A DNA stretch of 64,000 nt from Owenia fusiformis (lineage: Eukaryota), in contig CAIIXF020000001.1 in NCBI GenBank assembly GCA_903813345.2, forward strand, positions 9,796,001-9,860,000, read 5' to 3'. The notes beneath the pieces were generated by a model. The model did no database searches and had not been told where the DNA came from. It was given only the letters and a program-made list of their open reading frames with translations. The number at the start of each line of letters is the position of its first letter. Within the stretch, counting starts at the first letter, position 1. Shown in pieces: positions 28,301 to 40,500 of the stretch. Made by a program: the position numbers and the translations under genes.

Positions 28301-31300
28301 TTTGACTTCAAAATGGCCGACAGGAAGTAGGTATCGAGTTAAAATTTTTTCATCCACATCTGTATGCACTCATAAGTTATCCCTGAAAATTTGAAGGTGA
28401 TATCTGTAGCGGTTTTGGAGAAAACTCCCGGACGTACAGACAGACGGACGGACGTCCAGACGGACGCGCCTAGGCCGACAATATGGCCCCACACTATGTG
28501 GTGGGGACATAAAAATCAACTTTTTTGACCTTTTCAAGGTCACTAAAGGTGAACGAAAGGTCAGATTTGAACTTGTGAGAACTTGTAGATGTTTTTTTTA
28601 AAAAATGTGGTCAATTTGGAGCAAATTGAAAAATTCAAAATGGCCGCCAAATTGAAAAATTCAAAATGGCCACCATGTAATTCAGCCAGCACACCCAAAA
28701 CCTAAACAGATCTTGGCAATAGTCTGCTCTTGCATCTGTAAAAATTTCAAGTTGAACGGATGAGTGGTTTTCCTGGAATTTTGATGACAAGATTTGTTGA
28801 AAAATTCAAAATGGCCACCACGTAGTTTACCCAGCATGCCCTTAACCTAATCAGATCTTGGTACTAGTCTGCTCTTGCATCTGTAAAAATTTCAAGTTGA
28901 ACAGGTAAGCAGTTATCCTGGAAATTTGATGACAAGATTTGGTTTATGTGCCGCCCGCACGCCCGCCCGCCCAACAGCACAAGACGACGATAATATAGCA
29001 CTTTTTCAAAGTGCGATAAAAATTAACTTATAAAAAACACAACACACCCACAATAGTTTTATCTTATAGCTTATTGGATATGAAATTTATGAACCATTTG
29101 CTCTAAATAGTCTGATCAATTTTGTAGGGTTTCCAACTGTACTATCATATGTATAGTATACTCATTATACAACTCCAAAGCGTGTGCCCATTTGATGAGT
29201 TATCACACCCTTTGAATGAAAACAAGATTTAATTTTGCAGTTAACTCTTAGTTTAAAACTCAGATGGTGGGAACATTTACGAAATATTTATAGATGAACT
29301 AAATACTTTTTCTTTGTTTTCCTTGTTAACCTCCTTGGAATCATGATTGGCCTCTGGAGGCTGCTTGGATTGTAGTTTAATACCCGCTTTCGATTTACCA
29401 CCCTCATCATTGGGTTTAGTCTTTTTCTCCTTCGCTTCTAGCTCCTGGAATATAACATGAATACTGATTCATTAACGACATATAACATGAATATGGATTC
29501 ATAAACGACATATAACATGAATACTGATTCATTAACAACAGGTTCAGAGAAGAGTATTACCCGAAGATTGTAAATTCCAGACATTGAGTAAATATTTCTT
29601 TCTTTAACAGTACCAACATAATTTATTGGTTAAATACCAGGCAATATCATTCTGTGTTATGATTATTTTCTAAAAGATATCAATCAAAGTATAGCATAGT
29701 TTCTTATCAAGATACACTTGAATTCTTTTTTAAAACTGGCGAATTCAAACATATTGACAACATATAGCCTTCACACTTTTATTTTCATACATAGTAATAT
29801 TTAAGGTGATGCTCATACGAATATTATGAGAAAGGCCAGTGACTCTTATCTAAAATAACAGTTAAATTCACTCTATCCAAAATTACAGTGAGTCAAAGGC
29901 CACATTGGTATCAAACCAACCAAGATTCACCTACCTCAAGTGACATGAAGGCCCCACTAGCATCAAAGCCACCAAGATTGTCCATATCACCACCATCATC
30001 CATACTCCATTCTGGAAGATCCTCTCCACCTAAAAACATCCATACATGACTAAATAATGAATTGTGTAAAGGTCTGTGTGTTAGTAGCATAAATGGGCAT
30101 TTTGAACATCAGCCAATTCCAAAAATTCATATAAAACTTTTTTTACCTACCAATGATTTAGTGCACAAAGATAAGCTTGGTATACACAAAACATACAATG
30201 AAGTGAATAAATAAGATACATAGAAAGTGCAAGGTTATAATGTGACATGTACCGTCATCATTAGTACCAGGATAGGACTCACTACGTCTGAACCCTCGAT
30301 CTCCATAACTATTGTTCCGCGTACGTTCAAAGCCACGTGGACGTTCATAATCTGCATCGCCCCTGTCTCTGTCTCTCCAACTGGTACCCCCTCCTCGACC
30401 TTCAAGTAATGAACAAATAGAATAGAAAAAATGTAATTGTATATGTAATTGAATAAGGTCATTTTTCATTATAGTACACGTCATAGGGTGACCAAAAATG
30501 GAGCCCTCTAATTTTGGAATGTCTTTCTCTCTACTTTAGTATTTTCTGAAATAAGCATTTCTGTTTTTGTCTTTTTTAGTCAATTTTAGATCGATGACAT
30601 GTTCTATTTCAACACTTTCTTGGAATGAATTTGTCTAGCAATAATGATAAATTAACAGGCTTATTTGATACAAAATGACAAATAATTTCTGATATTCCCT
30701 TCTGAATGATTTTGTGAGAGAACATGCATTGACATATACACATCTACACAAAAAAATCTACCATAATTGTGGATATTGGTCTAAAATTCTAACCTGTAAT
30801 ATATTGTTTAAGGATGGAGACAAAATGTCAATATTTTTGCTTACCCCATGATCTTTCATGCCTAGTTCCACCAGCTCTCCTCCAACTATCACCATCTTCC
30901 TCAGCATCCCGAGGATCACGGGGGTCTCGTATGTCCCTTGGGTCACGCGGTGACTCGCGTTCACTCAGAGTCTTAGCATCTCGCCAATTACTGCTACTCA
31001 TTGACCGTGAAAATTCTCTACGTGGTGATTCATCAGGATCGTCAAATGTCCTTGGTGTAAACCCAGGCCTTCTAAATGCAAACATATAGTACCATCAAAA
31101 TAAATAATTGAATCTTAGTGATTACCCCTTCTCACCCTCAATCGGTCACTCTCCTGACACTCATGTATATATCTAATAATTCAACTACAGTACATCAATT
31201 TGTCATTACTTTACACCGCAATGATTCAAAATATGAATGATATTTGCAGTCAGAATTCTTTCATAAAATTATATCTTACGTACCCATCTTCCCAACTCTC

Positions 31301-32611
31301 ACTCCTGTTATGTGCTCTGCCTCTACCGTAAGTATCGTAACCTGCCCCATCTTCAAATGATGTCCCTCTCTGGAAGTACCCCTCCCCTCTGCCGCGACCT
31401 AACAAATATACAACAGCAATACTAAATACCAATAAATACCAACAACTATGAAATTAATGAAAGGTTCATTATTACTTTAGGATTTAAGTCAGGATTTAAG
31501 TTATTTGCTTACAACTTACAAAAGAAGTTATAATTTGCTGAATGCATTGGTATTGGCAGTAAAACTTTGGTAAGGGAACAGATTGCTATCATAAATCACA
31601 AATATATTAACCATACCTCTCCCTCGCCCTCTATCAGATGGGCCCCCACCCCTGCCCCCACGGACACCAGGAGGGGGGCCTCCTCGGCCCATCAACCTTA
31701 ATACTGCACTACTGTTCACTGACTGAGACATTAACCTCTGAAAACAAACACATATGAAACTGACTCATGTTAAAATGTTGATGTGTGACTATTCTAAATA
31801 AGACAGGGCACTAACATGGAAAATGTCACCACCTGTCATTTGTTACATACACTGCTGGGCATCAACCGGTATATTGAGACCATAACAATATGTCACAAAT
31901 TTTGACGATGATACCATAACAATTTATTATCAAAGAAGATTTATTTTGAAAATGCAATAATTTATGATAAAAATCCAACATACATTTTCTTCCTCTGTAA
32001 GTGGTATTACTGCCAAAAGTGGCTGTGACTGCTCCACTACAATGGAGGGATGTTTGGCTAGTTCTTCTGGGACTTCTTTCTTGGGAACATACAGAGCTAA
32101 CATCTCTTCCCGTCCATACCGATAATCTGCTAGCTTGTATTTAGTGAAGCCCGCAGGAGAAGGGGGAGGAGATTTAACATTGTTTCCATCTGATAAGGCT
32201 CTGAGCCTGCAACATTTAAAGGAACACAAGAACTTCATTATTGGTAATATGACTTATTACACACATGCATTAGCAAAATTAACACCACCTCAGAATAGCT
32301 TGCAATATGGTATACACTGATTAAACTCATGTCGAGTAGAGGTATTAATTATTACAGAAAAGTGAAACTGGTTGAGAATTAGTCATGACAAATTGTGGTA
32401 CTGATAGATAGTATACACACTTTCTTCTCTCTGTAGGAAGACCATTTGAGGAAAAATGCGGAAAGACTTGATATAATTATGGATATAACACTAACTTTCC
32501 TTAATAAAGTAATTATTTCCAGAAAGTTTTCATCAATTCATACTAGGAAATGAAAAATATCTTCATGAATAGTTTAACTTACCATTCTGGTCCAAAGTTC
32601 AAGTCTGTCAT
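13386..32611 (-). CDS. GIGYF2: GIGYF-family protein (GRB10-interacting GYF protein, GIGYF1/2-like), 26 coding exons, ~1308 aa
   Basis: Manually spliced GT-AG exons, phases all consistent (3927 nt): 32611-32583, 32206-31984, 31737-31617, 31398-31284, 31071-30845, 30399-30253, 30029-29935, 29444-29307 (alt in-frame donor 29281), 25854-25363, 25239-25131, 22101-22000, 21678-21614, 21325-21120, 19699-19508, 19160-19024, 18720-18620, 18361-18254, 18016-17816, 17149-17063, 16737-16621, 16284-16196, 15836-15731, 15475-15324, 15017-14815, 14298-14138, 13589-13386. Motifs: N-terminal MTDLNFGPEWLRALS; YRYGREEML (4EHP-binding YxYx4L); LPEW...GGFDASGAF (DDX6/Me31B-binding); GYF domain WFYKDPQ..QGPFTSDEMAEWFSAGYFTMNLLIKRGCD; Q/E/R-rich coiled coil; C-terminal KMQKLDPSILGFSV..RVNVGEI. 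Probably the single invertebrate ortholog of GIGYF1/2. Confidence 0.96.
16688..16900. repeat. 99-bp tandem duplication spanning a GIGYF splice acceptor
   Basis: Unit starts at 16688 and 16787, with a partial copy at 16886; the full copies differ at about one base. Confidence 0.92.
22301..23927. mobile_element. Foldback-type element with long, interrupted inverted arms
   Basis: Perfect 19-bp terminal IR AGAGGTTATGTCACTATGA (22301 / 23909-23927); inner IR blocks 22439-22466 vs 23884-23909 and ~22706-22872 vs ~23722-23883. No TSD seen. Confidence 0.7.
23961..25113. mobile_element. 1.15-kb non-autonomous TIR element with 5-bp TSD (hAT5-like)
   Basis: TIR CAGTGCGCGAAATA / TATTTCACGCACTG; TSD ATTAC/ATTAC; TGGCC(A/T)G subterminal motifs at both ends. 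Confidence 0.8.
26959..28515 (-). mobile_element. Nested HINE-like element with satellite core
   Basis: Inserted into the A run of TTTAG-AAAA-TCAACT of the host repeat with no TSD. ATGTCCCCACCA / TGGTGGGGACAT subterminal IR; (GACG/GACA)n microsatellite at ~28430-28466. Confidence 0.75.
27098..27958. repeat. 162-bp tandem satellite, ~5.3 copies
   Basis: CAAGACTTTACAGACAAGATTTTAGG-like anchor recurs at 27098, 27261, 27423, 27585, 27747 and 27909. Confidence 0.92.
29451..29540. repeat. 30-bp tandem repeat, 3 copies
   Basis: TATAACATGAATACTGATTCATTAACGACA variants, directly beside a GIGYF acceptor. Confidence 0.85.
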
Positions 32612-33338
32612 TTTTCCTATAAAACAAAAAAAACTTACATCTTAGATTCATTGATAAATCTGAAAAAGCAACAATATGATTTTACAGTTCTCCAGTTTGC
32701 CATTTATTCCCTGTTTATACATTTACAGAATTTAATTTCCGTATCTCAATTCTTAAACAGTCAAAATAACTCCAGAGCATTGGGCCATGTTGCAGTTATG
32801 GGTCAATACGGTAGTCTTGCGTCTGGCCGTATAATAGGGCCGGGGGTGCTCTGGATGTGATGTTAATACTGATTACATTCTTAACATGTTTAGAATATAT
32901 ATACATGTATAACTTTTTATCAATTTATATTCTTTAATAAGAAATTGTACTCTTCAGAATTAGAGGAAATAAAAAGATACAAACATAAAATACACACACA
33001 CCAAAAGGGCATACAAACCCATGAAGCCTAAGTCAAGGAAGGCAAATATGATAAATATAGACATATCAAGAATAGTAAATTTAAAATAGATTTAAAACTA
33101 AACTTTTTTTATGTGAAATAGAATTATCATTTACTTTGCAATTATAACTACTCCTCATAAGAAATTGTAGAAACAGTATTAATGTTGGGTCATTTTTCAT
33201 AAGTGCACCCTGCTTTGTTTTGTTTATTTTGTGTTTTTTATCATCAAAAGACTGTACATGAAGTGAAATTGTTATGACTTGAAGCTAAATATGCTGAAAA
33301 CCCCCAAATAATATGTCTGTATATCTTGGATTGCTTGC

Positions 33339-33727
33339 ACAGTAAAATTTTAAATGTTTGGAACTACTTTGAATTAAAAAAATAAGCAATCAAAGGACCA
33401 TATTGAAACAGTATATGTAAAAATAGAAACATTTATACATGTCCTAACTTTTGTATATTTTAGTTTGTTTTTTAATTTAGCTTTCATTTCTGTGGCTTCT
33501 TATATTTTGATGCTTCTCTGCCATGTTATTTATGGAAAAATTACCATGGCTGAAACTCCCTAAATTACAAAAGGCCAAAGCTTTACTGCACATTATACAT
33601 AACTATCTGAAATATACAAAAGTTAGGACAAGTACATGTTTCTATTTTTATATACTGTTGCAATATAGTCATTTAATTGCTTATTTTTTAAATTCAAAAT
33701 AGTTCCAAACATTTAAAATTTTACTGT
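33339..33727. repeat. ~120-bp inverted repeat within a decayed AT-rich repeat array (33200-34500)
   Basis: 33339-33460 matches the reverse complement of 33610-33727. Confidence 0.75.
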
Positions 33728-34608
33728 AGTTTGAATAACAAATATGTGACCTATTAATGTATTTTGATGCTTCTCCGCCATGTTATTTTTGAATATATCA
33801 TAGCTGAAACGTCCCAAATTACAAGAGGTCACAGTTTTAGTGCACATAAAACTAACTATCTGAAATATACGAAGTTATGTATCCAATTTGAAGTAATCCA
33901 GTCCCCTCATTACTTATTTTTAGCTTTGATATAGACAAATCACTTTTCCTGTATATATCAAACTTAAAAAATCAGCAACCAAAGGACTATAGTGCAATTT
34001 TATATCGAAAAAGAAGACATTCATATTTTTTATGCAATATTTTTGTATATATATTGGATTGTTTGTGGTTCGGCTGATAAAATATGGTGATGTTTCTCTG
34101 ATATGTTATTTTCTAAAAAATATGTGCCTGAAACTCCTTGAAGTACAAGAACCCAAATAAAAGGTTTGCAACTAATTTATCTGAATTAATATAATGCATT
34201 GTATCTAAAACATGAATGTATTTTTCAAAATAATATTATATTATAGAACCACATTGCAACAATAAAGTGACAAGTAGAAACATATATGCTGCTAACCCTA
34301 ACTTTTACGTATTTCAGATAGTTAGGTAGTATAGAGTAAAGCTGCAGCCTTTTGTAATTTAGGGGATTTCAGCTAATGTGGAAAAATAATAGAGGACAAT
34401 ATGATAGACAAACAAACAAATCAAAAAGTACAAAAGTTAGGGCAGGTGCATAAATCTCAGTATGTTTTTATTTTTCAATATAATGTTGCAATGTGGTCCT
34501 TTGACATCACTTATTTCTACATTCTTCATCTTCATATACAGTGCATACTCCTTATCACAGGCATCAGAATAGATAGTAGAGTTGTACTGAAAAATCCCCC
34601 GATCTCTA

Positions 34609-34845
34609 CAGTTGGGGACATAAATAAATGACAGGTGGATTTGCTGAAGTGAGGATTTCCCATGTTAAAAATAAGAGAATTTACAAGAGGCCATAAATCA
34701 GTGGATGAGATTATACAAAATGTAAAATATACAAATTTTAAGGGATATGTATCTAGACAATATTGGAAATTATGGGCTTTCAGACCACCATAATTAGGAA
34801 ATGGTGTTTGAAAATCGACCTGTCATTTATTTTTGTCCCCAACTG
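34609..34845. mobile_element. Tc1/mariner-type MITE
   Basis: TA|CAGTTGGGGACATAAATAAATGACAGGT ... ACCTGTCATTTATTTTTGTCCCCAACTG|TA. Confidence 0.8.
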
Positions 34846-35321
34846 TATGAAAAATTTTCACTGCCCCAGACAGTATCCAGTTTTTCATTGAAAATATGAT
34901 AAAAAGGGGGTGTGGAAATAATCATTTTGAGTTCATGTTTTAACTACACAGAGAAGCAACCTTGATTTGAAAGTGAAATCCCAACATATGCCAAATTATT
35001 GTGCAAAAAAACAAGTCAGGCACCTAATGACTTTCTTGTCATGAAACGAAAGATAAAAGAATTTTAGACAATAAGTGGCCTAACCGTCTGGAATAGTGTG
35101 ACTCATGTCACATTCAGATTGAAAACATATTCCATTTGGAAAAATTGCACCGAAAAATATTTTCTCGTGGAAAAATAAAAATGCTTTACATTTATATGCG
35201 GATTTCTCCCTGAAAGTACGAGGGAATTGATGCAAAAAGTTGAGAGAATGAAACTTTATATCACAAAGGTAATTTCTGTTAGTAAGGAGATGTTTAATAA
35301 ATCAAAGAAATATTAGTTTAC

Positions 35322-35400
35322 CTCGTTTATTTGAGAGATATCTGCTTGAGAACACGAATACACAAAACCAATATGGCCGTCTTGTGTGTATCACGTGATC
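35322..35400 (-). promoter_or_regulatory. Probable non-coding exon 1 and core promoter of the GIGYF gene
   Basis: Minus-strand donor GAG|GTAAAC at 35322/35321; YY1-like GGCCATATT at ~35370-35378; palindromic E-box ATCACGTGAT at 35390-35399; CCAAT box at 35542-35546. The first coding exon has an acceptor only 5 nt before the ATG, so an upstream UTR exon is needed. Confidence 0.6.
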
Positions 35401-36639
35401 AAAATGCCCGGATAAAGAAAAGAAAACCATTGATTTAGATTGAATGAAGGGATGTAGCAGGACTTGTGTGGTTTTACTAGTGATACATCTAGGATATCAA
35501 ACTGATAACAAGGTAGTACATTAATAATTCTATAAGATTTGATTGGCAGCCACCAAAATACGCAGAGTTTTTCACAAATACCACTAATATGAAACAAAAC
35601 TTGCATCAATTTTTGTCATCTCAAAAAGTTTGAGACCTCATCCCAATGAATGAGTTACACTTTTTTAAAAAATTAACATTTTTTGCACACCCTTTATATG
35701 GGGGCCTATCACCCCATCAGGTCTTATCTAGTATAAACCTTAACATGTCATATTATAAATAGTGGCACAATAAAGCAGATCTATTCTTATTCCTCAGCCC
35801 GGGTTCTTCAGTCACATTACGTGCTGGTGTGGACTACACTCAAAGTACGAATCGACCAGCTTCCTTCCTCGGCATGCTGGTCGCTTGGGACTTTTTTGGA
35901 TGTCTGGGATTCACTGTAAGTCACATTACATTCACTGTAAGTCACATTAGATACATGCTTGTGGCTTGAAATCTTGCGATTAAAAATAAGCTGGATTATA
36001 GTGATAGATAAAATTCAAATTTTGTTACAACTACCGACAACATTTGAAAAATCAACCCCACAATTATTATGGTATGCATTCTCTTAGCCTATGGTCTATA
36101 GAGCTATAGGATACCTTTGAGGCGAGCAAGTAATATTGTCCAAAAACCAATAAGTTTTGGGAAGATGGCAGCAGCAGTAGAATCCAATTAATATATAAAT
36201 AAACAGAGTTGATAGGCCTGCCCTCTTTATTTAAAAATTATTTCTATCGTCCTTTAGGCAATGCAAAAACCCATGTATGGGAGACCCTGCTGGCTAGGTT
36301 CCAATGAATTTGGGCTGGAAAAATAGGGACATCTGCAACTTTTCTGCACTAAAAGGTCCTAGCAACCCGTGCAACATCTAAAAATTGGCTGATTAAATTT
36401 GGGCTCCCTTTATGGTTCCCTTGCTTGCTGGCTGGCTGATTTTGGTCAAAAAACTGTGTGGAAATTTGATATCATATCACTCATTAGATCTATTCTTACT
36501 GATCAATATATTCTAATATGTTTAGGTACATTTCAAACTAAGGTAACTCCGCATGTTCAGAAATTTTAAAGTATTTTGTATATTCAGAAAGGACAAGTCT
36601 CGGTTTGGAGAACAGTCTCCTGGGATAATAATTTTTTCA

Positions 36640-36709
36640 TTATTTTAAGATGGCGACACTTCAACACTATGTGTGGTACAAACAACTTCGCCATCTTTCA
36701 TTGACGTTG
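36640..36709 (+). promoter_or_regulatory. Probable exon 1 / start region of the JmjC gene
   Basis: YY1 consensus AAGATGGCG at 36647-36655 and its reverse complement CGCCATCTT at 36689-36697; donor TTG|GTAAAA at 36709; downstream acceptor TTTCAG|G at 37503/37504. Confidence 0.5.
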
Positions 36710-37553
36710 GTAAAAACTTGATATATATATAACTAGACAGATGGAAAATATTTTTTGGTAATATATAGTAAGCTCTGATGTGGCCCATTTCAGCTGTTTT
36801 TGGTGTCTAATAAAAGATAAAGTACATATCAATCCACTGGAAATATTATGAAGTCAAAAGATTAGTCTTTATTTTGCCAAAGAATTTTGAAAGTAGACCT
36901 TTAAATTTTCTTGAAAGTTCATATGCTTTAGGGATTTGTACTATCAACATTTGCTTTACTGTCAAAATTAGCTCATAGCCAAAGTAGAAGTTTATGCAAA
37001 TTTTTATGCCACCACCAAAAGTGGTGACATATTGTTATGTATTTCATACCTACTGAGGTTCTAGGTACATAACGAGCGGGAATATATACTGTATCTAGCC
37101 AAGGCCCGGGCGGGATGGATACACGCTGTATCCATCCCGGTCCCGCTCCTGAATTTTTTTCACAATTTTTTCAAATTTTTTTTTGAATTTTTTTCAAATT
37201 CTTTTTTTCAAATTTTTTTTTCCCATTTTTTCCAAAAAACGTTTTCACATTCTTTTTAAAAAAAAACTTAAAAAAACACTTTATAACACCAAGAAAATTG
37301 GATATACACATATCTCCCTTGGGATAAAACCTGTATCCAAAACCTCCCAGTACATAACCCTTATGTCTCCCAAATTTTTGTGGACAACAGTTGTTTGACG
37401 GTCAGTATCTGCTGAGACTAACATTAGTCTCAGGTATCTGTAACAAATGGCAGCTATTGACATTTTGCATGTTAACGCCTTTTTTAATTTTCTTATCTTT
37501 CAGGCTCTATGTGGTGGCTTGAGAAAACTTAAAGCTTGAAGAATATTTATAAA

Positions 37554-40500
37554 ATGAGTGAAGATGATCCAAAGTCATCAAAGGATGGGAAACCTAACAG
37601 GACATTCAATCCAAAATGTTTGTTTCTAATGATCACCATAACAACAATTGTAGTGATCATGACAATGGCTTTTATAATATTCATGGCACACATACTCATG
37701 GTAGCAGCGTTGATCCCCAAAAGAACATATAGCTCTTACTTCATGCCATACAAAATGAATTTTGATGCTTTACTAGCAAATAGGAGAGTGAACATGAAAA
37801 AATATGAATATGAGCATAGTACGAAAGGTATCGATCGGAGATTTGGACTTACTGTAGATGAGTACTATGATGTGTATGATGGCAAATGGTAAGTATCATC
37901 AATTATGACAAAGGAAATTATCCTTAGAGACATTCTAAATTGTGAATCTAGACATGCATCTTTAAACCTACAAATAAAAGAATCCAGTTTATTTTCCTCC
38001 AGTTCCTATATATTGAAATGCTGAAGTAATTTCTCTTTCAGGCCAGTGATAATAACAGATTTGGTTCCCAATTGGCCTGCCATGAATTGGAATAAAGGCT
38101 TCTTTATAAAATATTATGGTAAAACTCTTGTGACTACAAGGACAACATTAACAGTGAGTAAATAAAACTTAATGTATGTTGAATAAAGAATGGAAAAGAC
38201 TGTTTAATAGCCATTTATGCAATCCAAACAAGGCATTATCATGCAAAATATCACCACCTAACATTTGTTACAGATCCCAAACTCTGAACGCTGACTGCCA
38301 AACACCGTCCACAAAAAATGTATATATATCACCACCTGTGGAAGTGACATAAAAAGCCAAATGGAATTTTTGAAGCAGTTGAGGTGCATTGCATTGCATT
38401 GCATTGTGCACATATGAACACTCTTCTCAGTTTGTATGCAACTCTAGAGGTTGAAAATACCTAAACTATGTATTTATTATGTGTTTTACCTTTTAACCTT
38501 TTAAGAGGACCATATCATTTTTATGTCACCACCACAAGTGGTGACATATAGTCTCCAGCTTTGCTGTGGATGGTGTTCGGTGTTTGGCAGTCAGTGTTCA
38601 TCATCTGTAACAACTGGGAGGTGGTGACATTTTGCATGTTTATGCTTTGTTAGTTTTAGTGAAGCATATATAGTACAAAATGTGTTTAGATCTAGGGTAG
38701 AATAATTATTAAACATTGTCTTAAATTTTTCAAGGGAAAACTAAAAGATGCCAGTGGTACAGCAATAGAGTTAGAGAACTATCTTGCCCACTCTCACGAA
38801 GGCACAGATGAAAGTTGGAGTTATTTTGAAGATGAGCTGTTCTTGTATATGCGTCCAGACCTTCTAAAAGACATTATATCACCTGTAAGTTGTTTTGTTT
38901 TCTTCAAGAAATATTTTGATGTATACACTGTGCAGTGTTTAACTTTACAACCAGAGTTTATGAAATATTTATACGATGAGTTGAAATGAATAAGTATATA
39001 CATGTAATGGGATTGTTAGTCACATTAATTATCAGTATTGTACTAATAGGAATCTCTCAAAAAATTTGGGTTTGTTGGGATTTTATTATTTGTGGAATTG
39101 GTATTTTCTTAGTTTTTTACTGACAGATAACAATTCATCAATCAGAGGAAATCTGCAATATGTAAATTCTTGCTTCAGCACCAAATCTCTTCCTAACACA
39201 GCACAAGGGTTCGATGCAAGACTTTCTTTCTGATAGATCAGAATTCATCAATCTGAGGAACATCTGTAACATGTTAATCCTTGCTTCGGCACCAAATCTC
39301 TCCCCAACACAGCACAAGGGTTTGATGCTAGACTATCTTTCTAGTGACTAGCTCTGAATACTTACCCCGTCATATTTCTTGATTTAGGTTTATCTGAAGG
39401 ATGATCTCTTCATGTTATTCCCAGAGGTTCTACGTCCATATAATGCTATGTTACTATGGGGTAGTCCATATTCCCGATCCACCCTTCACATGGATCCTTA
39501 CAACTGGACTGGTACCAATGCAGTATTAAAGGGACAGAAAAATTGGAAGGTATGTACAGGGTTAACTAATGAAGAGGGTTTGAAGTCAGACAAAAATTAC
39601 TCACAAAATTTAAAATTTTTGTAATGGAAAAATTACTAAGTGGTCCACAAGAATTGTTGCTCAGAACTATATTTCCATATGTACAAGCTATTCAATATTT
39701 GTTATTACAAAAAATCTAAAGGGATAAAATCAAAATACTGTACCTTGCACTTTTGTCATGAAAAAGTATTTCTTGAGCCATATTATTCAGGAATCATAAT
39801 TTCACTTAAAAATGATTATCACAAGAGCACAAAAAATATATACCATGTGAGCCCAGCACCAATGGTACTATTTTATGATTCCAGAGAGTAAAATAATCAG
39901 CCAGAAATTTAACATCCAAAATTGGATTTTTTGTCATACAATGGAAATTGTTTATTCAAACACCTCTCTAATATGAACACCTCCTAATGTGAACATTTTT
40001 TCTGGGTCCAAAATTTGTCCCATAGACTCATATCTAACAAAATCAAAATGTGAACACCTGCTAATGGGAACACTTGGCTGGTGGTATTACGAGGTTTATT
40101 GTATCATGTCTCAACCACATTGTTTGGGGCCATATTGTTGGCCCAGGTGTTCGTCCACCCATCCGTCCATACGTATATGTATGTCCAGTAGTTTTCTCCA
40201 AAACGGCTACAGATATCACCTTCAAATTTTCAGGGATAATCTATGAGTCTGCCCTGTCAACCCTCACACATTAGGCGTGATTGTCACGCATTTGCTGGAA
40301 AAATAGAAATCACGCATCAATTTAGCGTGGATGATCAAGTATCACGCAAATCACGCATTTAGTTGATATTTTTAAAAAATCGTCTTTTGTGAAATGCCGA
40401 CCAGAAAATACCGAACAGCGAAAAAAAGCAAACGCATTCCATTCAGTCATTGCATGCGACTGCTGCTTATAGCCTTATTTTGTACAAAATATGTGTATAT

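Larger units (their letters stand above)
25864..29022 (-). mobile_element. Helentron-associated non-autonomous element (HINE/DINE-1-like) with ~143-bp core repeats, hosting a second HINE
   Basis: Subterminal inverted repeat TATCGCACTTTGAA (25885) / TTCAAAGTGCGATA (29005), terminal hairpin, (GCCC)n microsatellite ~28950-28972, AACAAG...ATAAAAA ends in an A/T run with no TSD. A close copy lies at 46628-47432. Confidence 0.75.
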
